From positions 1 through 28,653 of the IMG/VR virus record IMGVR_UViG_3300023283_000261: 28,653 bases of DNA, one strand, 5' to 3'. The stretch is from a virus. Lineage: Duplodnaviria > Caudoviricetes. The translations under genes and the position numbers were made by a program. Shown one piece after another: positions 22,497-28,653 of the stretch; position 1 is the first letter of the stretch, and every line of letters starts with the position of its first letter. The notes under the pieces were generated by a model. The model saw nothing but the letters and a program-made list of their open reading frames with translations, did not search any database and was not told where the DNA came from.

Positions 22497-24074
22497 TCAC
22501 CCCAGGATGTCGTTGCGGCCGGCGAGTTCCGCCGCCACCAGGGCCTGGCGCATCAGGTCGGCGAGGGCGGTGCCGTCGATGTCGGGATACTTGCCCAGCA
22601 GACCGTCGGCGACCTCGTCCAGGCTGCTGGCTTCGGCCACCAGCGTCTCGATCTCCGCGATCATCGCCGTCTGGGCGTCCCCGGCGACGCGGTCGAGCTG
22701 GTCCGCCAGATCGTCGGCCACGTCGTTGAAACGGCGTGTGCCGGGCGGCCGGCTCGCCGCCGTCGCGCTCTCCGGTTCGCCGTCCGGCTCGGCATCGGGG
22801 CGATCGCGAGCGGGCGCCCCGCCGGGGGCTGCCGGGGTCAGCGCGTCGCCCGCGTCCTTCGGCTCCTTGAGGCCGGTCTTGGCGTAGACGTCCGCTTTCG
22901 AGACCGGCAGGCCGAGCCGGGCCAGCGTCTCGACCGTCTGGGTGAACTGCGTCAGGTCCACCTGCTCGGGCCGGCCGACGCGCAAGCGCGGGTAGGTCCC
23001 ATCCGGCGGCGGGCCGTTGTTCAGATCGACCACCGGGCGCACCAGGTCCCGCCCCAGTGTCGCGGCCAACTGGCGTGCGTCGGCGGCCTCAATGTCCGCG
23101 CGCACGGCGTCGTGCACCTGGGCGGCGGCGCGGGACCCCTCCTGGACGTCCGTGGTCAGGTTCTGCCCCAGCACCACCTGGGTCACCAGGGTGTCGATGT
23201 AGTGGCACAGGTTCTCGTAGATCTCGGCCCGCGCGCTCGCGCCGCTCGATTCCACGAACTCGATCATCATGTTCTCGGGAATCATGGCGGCGGCGTCGGT
23301 GCCGATGGAGGACAGGGCGCGGAGCAGCACCCGCTTATCTTCCTGGGTCGCGCCCTGGTGCCACTTCCCGACGCGCAGCGGCTGGCCGTAGATCTCGACG
23401 AACGCGATCCAATCCTTCACCGCGTAGTTTTTGAACAGGTACCACCAGCTCACCGCGCGGGCGAGACCGCCGCGCACCGGCAGGCCGGACTTCGCCTGCG
23501 TCTTGTGCTGGATAAACTTGAACGGCGGCAGGTCCACGCCGTCGGGCGCGGTCTGATCGGCGAGCCGGAGCGTGCGGCCGTCCACGCGGTCGAGGACGAA
23601 CCAGCGCGGGTCGCGCCATTCCAGGCGCGCCGGCATCCACTGCCGGGCGCTGGTCTCCCAGACGATCTCGGTGACGGAGTAGCCCTTGCCCACCGCGTCC
23701 AGGATGTCGAACAACTCGTCCTGCAACGCCTCGCGCGCCAGCACCTCGCGCAGCAGCTGGGCGTCGGCCTGGTGGCGCGCCGACTCACCGGCCGGCTCGA
23801 CGTCGATCTCCAACTGACAGACCTGACGCTTGCGCGTGCCCAGGACGGTCAGGTAGCGCAGGTCGCGCTCCTCCATCTCCTCGGCCATCTCCAGATAGGC
23901 GACCGCGTCGCCGTGCTCGGCGGCGCGCAGCAGTTGCGCCAGGCGCGCGGGCGTCAGTCCCTGCGCCGGGTGGCCGGAGAGGATCTGGCGCACGCCGGTC
24001 TGCGTCGGGCCGGCGATCTCCTGTGTCAGCACCTGCTTGCGAAGCGGCTGCCCGTCCGGGCCCAGAATGTCCAT
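22497..24074 (-). CDS. Portal protein, Mu gp29 / DUF935 family (525 aa)
   Basis: 'GLTPARLAQLLRAAE.GD...YLEMAEEMEERD', 'LDAVGKGYSVTEIVW', 'FVEIYGQPLRVGK', 'VLGQNLTT'. Confidence 0.95.
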   Translation of the reverse strand: MDILGPDGQPLRKQVLTQEIAGPTQTGVRQILSGHPAQGLTPARLAQLLRAAEHGDAVAYLEMAEEMEERDLRYLTVLGTRKRQVCQLEIDVEPAGESARHQADAQLLREVLAREALQDELFDILDAVGKGYSVTEIVWETSARQWMPARLEWRDPRWFVLDRVDGRTLRLADQTAPDGVDLPPFKFIQHKTQAKSGLPVRGGLARAVSWWYLFKNYAVKDWIAFVEIYGQPLRVGKWHQGATQEDKRVLLRALSSIGTDAAAMIPENMMIEFVESSGASARAEIYENLCHYIDTLVTQVVLGQNLTTDVQEGSRAAAQVHDAVRADIEAADARQLAATLGRDLVRPVVDLNNGPPPDGTYPRLRVGRPEQVDLTQFTQTVETLARLGLPVSKADVYAKTGLKEPKDAGDALTPAAPGGAPARDRPDAEPDGEPESATAASRPPGTRRFNDVADDLADQLDRVAGDAQTAMIAEIETLVAEASSLDEVADGLLGKYPDIDGTALADLMRQALVAAELAGRNDILG

Positions 24075-24077
24075 GGC

Positions 24078-25655
24078 TTACCATGCTCCCTTGGGGCGAA
24101 AGTTCAGAACCTCGTCGTCCGCTGCGTCCGGCGCGCGGAGCGACAGCCGGTGACCTTCGGCCGGCCCCTCGTCGATATTCGGGCGCACGCGCGGGGCGGG
24201 GGTGTAGCCGTAGTCGACCACCTGCATGCGGCTGGCGTAATGCGCCAGGACGGCGGCGATCGCGGCGTCGCCGTGACGCTGCGCGCGCTCGCCGCCGGTG
24301 TTGCGCCCGGCCGGGACCCGGGCGACCCCGCGCTCCATCTTGATCGTGCGGTGGTCGTTGATGATGTCGCGGTCCTTCGGCAGCACGATCTCCCCGTCCT
24401 GCAGCGCCGCCTTGAAGGGCGGCATGTGCTCGCGGTACCAGTCCTCGGAGAACTTGACCCGCTCGATCCGTCCCGAGCCGTAGCGCTGCCAGGCGACCTC
24501 GGCCAGGTAGGAGCCGTTGCCGCCGGCATCCAGCGCGCCCCCGGAAAAGCGCGGCAGGCGGTCGGCGATGTAGAACAGCACTTGGCGCTGCTGCTCGAAG
24601 GGCACGTTGCGCAGCTCGACCACCAGCGGCGGCCGGCGGGTCGTGTCGGAGAGCACCTGAACCGGCCAGATCACCGAGAGGTCGCCGCTGCGGCCGAAGT
24701 CCTCGCCGAAGTAGGCGGGCGCGCGCGGCTCGATGGCGGCCAGCACCGGCGCCACCTGACTTTCCAGCCAGTCCAGCGTTTCGGCGGCGCGCAGGTGGTC
24801 GGGCAGCTCGGCGAAGGAATCCTTCAACTGCCAGCGCAGCACCGGGATGTCCGCGCCCCTGGCCGCGGCGGCCTCGATCGCCGACAGGCTGAGCCAGGCG
24901 CCGCCGCTCTTGGACGGGATGCAGAACAACTCCTCCTCCGCCGCCTCGCCATAGAAGGCGACGATTTCCGCGCGCCAGGCCGCCTCGGCCTCGGCCGTCC
25001 AGGCCTTGCCCTGCATGCGGCAGATCCGGCGATAGAGCCCCTCCGCCAGCGCGTCGTCGAAGGTGCAGCGCAGCAGGGTGTAGGGCCTCTTGCCGGCGCG
25101 GATCTCGGCGACCAGCTCGTTGAAGGGGCTATCCTCGCCGTTGTGGGTGGAGATCACCACCACCTTGCCGCCCCAGATCAAGAGCGCGAAAGCGGCCTTC
25201 AGCACCTCGTCGAGATCGTCGTGGAAGGCCGCCTCGTCGATGATCACCAGGCCCTGCATGCCGCGCAGCGCGCGCGCCTTGCTGGGTAGCGCCACCACCT
25301 TGTGGCCCGAGGCGAAGGTCACGCGGAACGCCTGGACGTCCTTGTCCGGGTTGTCGGGGTCGCGGAACACGAACTCCTCGATGCCGGCGGCGGCGCGCTG
25401 CATCTTGCGCGACCAGTCGCTGACGTAGTCGATGAACTCGCGGGCCATCTCCAGGTTATAGCCCATGTAGAAGACGTCCTGCCCGCCGGCGGCCGGCTCG
25501 GAGGCGGCGAGCAGCGCGGCGACGCCCGCCGCCGCCCAGGAATAGCCGGTGCGCCGCGACTTCTCGACCACGGTCACCGCGTTTTCGCTGACCGAGCGCA
25601 GCAGCCGCTGCTGATAGGGCAGGAAAACCCGGGCGGCTTCGTGCGAATCGGTCAT
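24078..25655 (-). CDS. terL: Terminase large subunit, Mu gp28 type (525 aa)
   Basis: 'LPYQQR', 'EKSRRTGYSW' Walker A-like, 'LRGMQGLVIIDEAAFH' Walker B, 'ISTHNG', nuclease 'GEDFGRSGDLS' and 'HGDAAIA'. Confidence 0.96.
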   Translation of the reverse strand: MTDSHEAARVFLPYQQRLLRSVSENAVTVVEKSRRTGYSWAAAGVAALLAASEPAAGGQDVFYMGYNLEMAREFIDYVSDWSRKMQRAAAGIEEFVFRDPDNPDKDVQAFRVTFASGHKVVALPSKARALRGMQGLVIIDEAAFHDDLDEVLKAAFALLIWGGKVVVISTHNGEDSPFNELVAEIRAGKRPYTLLRCTFDDALAEGLYRRICRMQGKAWTAEAEAAWRAEIVAFYGEAAEEELFCIPSKSGGAWLSLSAIEAAAARGADIPVLRWQLKDSFAELPDHLRAAETLDWLESQVAPVLAAIEPRAPAYFGEDFGRSGDLSVIWPVQVLSDTTRRPPLVVELRNVPFEQQRQVLFYIADRLPRFSGGALDAGGNGSYLAEVAWQRYGSGRIERVKFSEDWYREHMPPFKAALQDGEIVLPKDRDIINDHRTIKMERGVARVPAGRNTGGERAQRHGDAAIAAVLAHYASRMQVVDYGYTPAPRVRPNIDEGPAEGHRLSLRAPDAADDEVLNFRPKGAW

Positions 25656-26215
25656 TCGCCGTCCCCGAACACCTCGGCCATAAAGGCGGCCTTGGTCTCC
25701 GCCGTCAGCCCCTGCCGCGCGGCGGCGGCCTCGACCCGCTCGGCGGTTTCCTTCTCGACCTTCTTGCGCTCCTCCTCACGGATCTTCGCTTCGCGGTCCA
25801 CGTCGATCTTGCTGGCGCTCATCGCGTCCTTGATCGCCCGGCCGAGCTGCATGAAGTCCTTGGTGTCGAACGCCGGCGCCGCCTCGCCGTCCTGTAGGCG
25901 CTGAAGCATCAGGTCCTGCACCAGCGTCTGGAACATCTCGACCAGCACGCGGCCCTGGCGGCTTTGCAGGCTGTCCTCGCCGAGCTGCTCCGCGAAGGCG
26001 CTGGCGACCTGGCGCGACTGGCGCAGCTTCGCCGCCGCCTGCTCGAAGCCCTGCATGTAGCGGTGGCTGGACGAGCGCGAGAGGTCGAGACCGAGATCCT
26101 CCGTCAGGAAGGTGTGGAACTCGTCCACCGTGCGCTGCTGTTTGCTCAGGAATCGGTCCACGCGCTCGCGCACGTCCGCGGGCAGATAGGCGATTGTGTG
26201 CTTCTGGGCCATCAC
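25652..26215 (-). CDS. Mu gp27 / DUF3486 protein (putative terminase small subunit)
   Basis: 'I..LP.DVR', 'LSRSSSHRY', terminal 'GLTAET.A......FG'; overlaps terL start; start may be GTG 26215 or ATG 26212. Confidence 0.85.
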   Translation of the reverse strand: MMAQKHTIAYLPADVRERVDRFLSKQQRTVDEFHTFLTEDLGLDLSRSSSHRYMQGFEQAAAKLRQSRQVASAFAEQLGEDSLQSRQGRVLVEMFQTLVQDLMLQRLQDGEAAPAFDTKDFMQLGRAIKDAMSASKIDVDREAKIREEERKKVEKETAERVEAAAARQGLTAETKAAFMAEVFGDGE

Positions 26216-26249
26216 GCGCGCTCCCCACCAGCGCGTTGCTCCGGGGCCA

Positions 26250-26549
26250 TCAGCGGATGCGCTCCGGCCGGGCGATGCCCGCGATCTCGATGTCGCCGCG
26301 CGCGCAGTCCTGGCCGCGTGCGGTCAACTCGGCGATCAACAGGTCGTCGTGCAGCCACTCGTGGGTGACGCAGCCCTTGCGGCGCAACTCGTCCAGGTCC
26401 GTGCGGAGCTGCGTCGCGGTCAGGCGCGGGAACTGCGTGGCCTTGAGCGCGCTCAGCAGACTGCGCTCGTTGGCCGTGCCGTCGGCTTCCAGCAGAAAGC
26501 CCAGGATCGCGGCCCGCCGCTCGGCCGCCACAAAATCCGCGTAGCTCAT
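26250..26549 (-). CDS. Mu gp26-like winged-helix protein (99 aa)
   Basis: 'ERRAAILGFL...ANE..L...LRTDL..L...G.V.......IAELTARGQDCARG.....GIARP'. Confidence 0.85.
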   Translation of the reverse strand: MSYADFVAAERRAAILGFLLEADGTANERSLLSALKATQFPRLTATQLRTDLDELRRKGCVTHEWLHDDLLIAELTARGQDCARGDIEIAGIARPERIR

Positions 26550-26959
26550 GCGCTGATCCCTCTGCGCTCACGGTCCACCTGCCGCATATAGTCCTCTAGC
26601 CGCGTGGTGACGCGCTCCTGGCGGGTCACGATCTCGCGCATACCCTCCATCTGCGCCATCACCGACTTCATGTCGCCCGATACCCCGGAGATCGACAGTG
26701 CCAGCTCATGTACCGAACTGGCCGAGGGCACGTCTTCGAGGTGTTTTTCCGCCCGCGACACGCGGTCGGTCAGGTCGCGGATCTCTCCCTGCCGCGCATC
26801 GACCCGGTCGTGGACCCGGCGGACTTTCTCGTCCACCTCCTCCTTGCGCAGTTGCTGGCGCTTGACCTGCCAGGCGTAGTATCCGGCCCCCAGCGAGACG
26901 AGCAGGCCGAGCGCGGACGCCGCCTGGAACGCGAGCAAAACCCATTCATAGGCTGTCAC
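26546..26959 (-). CDS. Mu gp25 / DUF2730-like membrane-anchored coiled-coil protein (137 aa)
   Basis: GTG 26959 overlaps holin stop; N-terminal TM helix, then 'RVSRAEKHLEDVPSASSVHELALSI..V.GDMK' and 'RLEDYM'. Confidence 0.8.
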   Translation of the reverse strand: MTAYEWVLLAFQAASALGLLVSLGAGYYAWQVKRQQLRKEEVDEKVRRVHDRVDARQGEIRDLTDRVSRAEKHLEDVPSASSVHELALSISGVSGDMKSVMAQMEGMREIVTRQERVTTRLEDYMRQVDRERRGISA

Positions 26960-27552
26960 GAGGCCCCCTTGCCTTGGATGCGGCCGGCCAGCGCGCCCAG
27001 GAGGCCCCCGCCTCGGGACATGGATCCCGGCGCCTGGCCGGCGGCGACCTGCTTGTCCTGGCTGCGCTTGTGCACGTTGATTCCGAGGACGGCGAGCGCG
27101 ATTCCCCACATCGGCGTCAGCGCGGTGACGGCCTCGATAAGTTCGGCGGCATACTGCGGCGTCGCGACAATGGCGTAGACGAGACCGCCGGCCTGCACCG
27201 CCCAGGTGGCCGAGCACAGGTAGCCGAAGGTGGGCCGCCAGCGCCGGACATAGGGGTCCTGCGCCGCCGCCTCCGCCCGCATCGTCGCGTTGACCTCGCC
27301 CAGGCGCGCGGTCTCCGCCTCCAGGTGCATCCGGCGCAACTCGCGGGCGTGCTCGGCCTCCAGCCGCTTGAGCTTGACCAGCGCCTCGGGGTCGTCGCGC
27401 AGCGCCGACGCCACGCTGTCCGGCTGCGCATCGACGCCCAGGACGCCCGCCACCATGCGGCCGACGGCGCCGCCGGCCGGGCCGCCGAGCAAGCTGCCCA
27501 CGACGGGCGCGGCCTCGCCCACAGTCTCGGCGATGTCCGACCAGACGCTCAT
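26956..27552 (-). CDS. Holin, 3TM (GTA-type) family (198 aa)
   Basis: 'APVVGSLLGGPAGGAVG', 'DPEALVKL', 'MRAEA...DPYVRRWRPTFGY', two hydrophobic helices, 'LGINVHKRSQDK'; directly after endolysin. Confidence 0.85.
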   Translation of the reverse strand: MSVWSDIAETVGEAAPVVGSLLGGPAGGAVGRMVAGVLGVDAQPDSVASALRDDPEALVKLKRLEAEHARELRRMHLEAETARLGEVNATMRAEAAAQDPYVRRWRPTFGYLCSATWAVQAGGLVYAIVATPQYAAELIEAVTALTPMWGIALAVLGINVHKRSQDKQVAAGQAPGSMSRGGGLLGALAGRIQGKGAS

Positions 27553-27553
27553 C

Positions 27554-27967
27554 TCAATAGCTCCAGACGCGCGGCCGTGGAAAGCCGTCCGTCTCGGTCA
27601 GGTCATCCAGGTGCAGGAATCGCCCGCCGCCCTTCTGATGAACGCCCACGCCCTTGAACTCATAGACCAGCGCCAGGCGCAGCAGGTCGTGCGCATCCGC
27701 GCCCGCCACGGCGATATCGACGGCACGGCCCGTCGTGTGCGGGCCGTCCTGGCCGGTCGAGGAGATGCGGGCGTTCTCGTCCGGCGTCCGATAGCCCGAG
27801 GTGATGACCATGGGCCGACCATAAGCGTTGCGAAGCGCTTGCAGGCGGTCCATGAAATTGGGGTCGATCCGGCATTCGCCGGTCTCCCGGCTGGCCAGTT
27901 CGGCGTGCGTGAAGTCCGGCCAGCGGGACGCCGGCCAGGTGTCGGGCGTGTGGGCGATGGCGGTCAT
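27554..27967 (-). CDS. Endolysin, peptidase M15A family (137 aa)
   Basis: ATG 27967 with ggggag RBS; 'LQALRNAYGRPMVITSGYR', 'HTTGRAVD' (H-x6-D) and 'FLHLD' zinc ligands. Confidence 0.9.
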   Translation of the reverse strand: MTAIAHTPDTWPASRWPDFTHAELASRETGECRIDPNFMDRLQALRNAYGRPMVITSGYRTPDENARISSTGQDGPHTTGRAVDIAVAGADAHDLLRLALVYEFKGVGVHQKGGGRFLHLDDLTETDGFPRPRVWSY

Positions 27968-28002
27968 GCGGCTCCCCGTCTCACGAGATGCAACTGCGCA
28001 AG

Positions 28003-28049
28003 AGGGTGGCCATCGACGCCCGTGTCGATCAGGCGGAAGGGCTTCCGCC
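28003..28049 (-). promoter_or_regulatory. Late promoter (Mu P-lys-like): activator palindrome GGCGGAAG-GG-CTTCCGCC plus -10-like CACCCT
   Basis: Palindrome 28032-28049 has the same arms as 20992-21009; hexamer nAnnnT at 28008-28003, again 23 bp away. Confidence 0.72.
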
Positions 28050-28116
28050 GCGCGCGGCCGGCCGGGGATTGTGAGGAAGGAAACAGGCGTATTCGACGCG
28101 CACGGACGTGGACTTG

Positions 28117-28500
28117 TCAATCGTCCGCTGGATCGGGAAAGAGGTCGGCCTGCCGGTCGTCGGGGGCCACATGCGACTTGACCATGCGGACATAGCGCTC
28201 GCTGCATTTGACACGCCGGGCGATCGCGGCCTGCGAGCCGTCCTCGCGCAGGATGCGCGCGCGCTTGTTTTTGAGGCGCGCGGCCTGCGGAATCTCGGGG
28301 CGGTCGCCGGCATACAGCCGCGCCAGCTTGTGCGCCGCGTCCAGGCCGACGATTTGCGCCAGGACGCACCCGGGCGTCGGATCATGCGGGATATAGACGC
28401 GCGTCCCGCCCCGCGCCTGCGCCAGCCGCAGCGCCGCCGCCTCACCGATGATGTCGGCGATCTCTTCCAGCGCGTGGGGCAAGGCGCGGGCGTCAGGCAT
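28117..28500 (-). CDS. Mor/C-family late transcription activator (127 aa)
   Basis: 'LP..LEEIADIIGEAAALRLAQARGGTRVYIP' Mor-like dimerisation region plus C-terminal HTH 'SQAAIARRVKCSERYV'; directly upstream of lysis genes. Confidence 0.88.
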   Translation of the reverse strand: MPDARALPHALEEIADIIGEAAALRLAQARGGTRVYIPHDPTPGCVLAQIVGLDAAHKLARLYAGDRPEIPQAARLKNKRARILREDGSQAAIARRVKCSERYVRMVKSHVAPDDRQADLFPDPADD

Positions 28501-28653
28501 CGCTCACACCTCCCAGCGCCGACCTGATCCACCGGCCCAGCCGCTCGATCGCTTGGTCGGCCGCCGTGTCGTCCAGATGCGCGACGTCGCGCAGGCCCGG
28601 CGTGCACCCTACGCGATGTAGCCAAGACGACAGCGCCGCGCCATCGTTGAGTC
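28493..28653 (-). CDS. 3' end of a gene entering from the right, GemA (Mu gp16)-like C-terminus
   Basis: Open frame LNDGAALSSWLHRVGCTPGLRDVAHLDDTAADQAIERLGRWIRSALGGVSDA* overlapping the Mor start by 8 bp; GemA usually precedes Mor in transposable phages. Confidence 0.55.
   Translation of the reverse strand, partial: LNDGAALSSWLHRVGCTPGLRDVAHLDDTAADQAIERLGRWIRSALGGVSDA

Larger units (their letters stand above)
371..28653 (-). mobile_element. Mu-like (transposable-type) prophage with siphovirus-type tail, late region; continues beyond the window
   Basis: Mu-type gene order (GemA-like, Mor/C, lysis, gp25-27, terminase, DUF935-type portal, MuF, I/Z, T, gp35, gp36, G, gp37), then tube/chaperones/TMP with no sheath gene. 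The boundary at 371 is inferred from TG plus two adjacent 22-bp-period sites and is less certain than the prophage call. Confidence 0.92.

Noticed and set aside
22182-25289. 1035-aa plus-strand ORF
   Set aside because: Antisense shadow of portal and terminase genes.

Overview
High-GC window, probably alphaproteobacterial. It opens with a C/A-rich spacer, tRNA-fMet (175-251) and a terminator, consistent with the distal end of an rRNA operon. From about 371 to the window edge it is the late half of a Mu-like (transposable-type) prophage with a non-contractile tail, almost entirely on the minus strand. Gene order in the direction of transcription: GemA-like (partial), Mor/C activator, M15 peptidase endolysin, 3TM holin, gp25/26/27-like, terminase, portal, MuF with a C-terminal nuclease-like extension, protease/scaffold with an extra N-terminal XRE HTH, decoration protein, major capsid, gp35/36/G/37-like, tail tube, frameshifted chaperone pair, 2208-aa tape measure, two tail-tip genes, a fibre ending in an Mtd/CLec-type DGR variable-region motif, small accessory genes, and an opposite-strand lipoprotein. 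The most interesting signals are: (1) the HTH-protease-scaffold fusion with a candidate operator around its own promoter; (2) an apparent DGR target with no TR/RT in the window; (3) a multi-stem, possibly pseudoknotted intergenic RNA in the head operon; (4) a MuF nuclease-type toxin with no immunity ORF but a convergent promoter and long hairpin; (5) a 21-22 bp mini-repeat family at three loci, one amplified in-frame in a gene. Protein family calls come from motif recognition and synteny only; no database searches were run.
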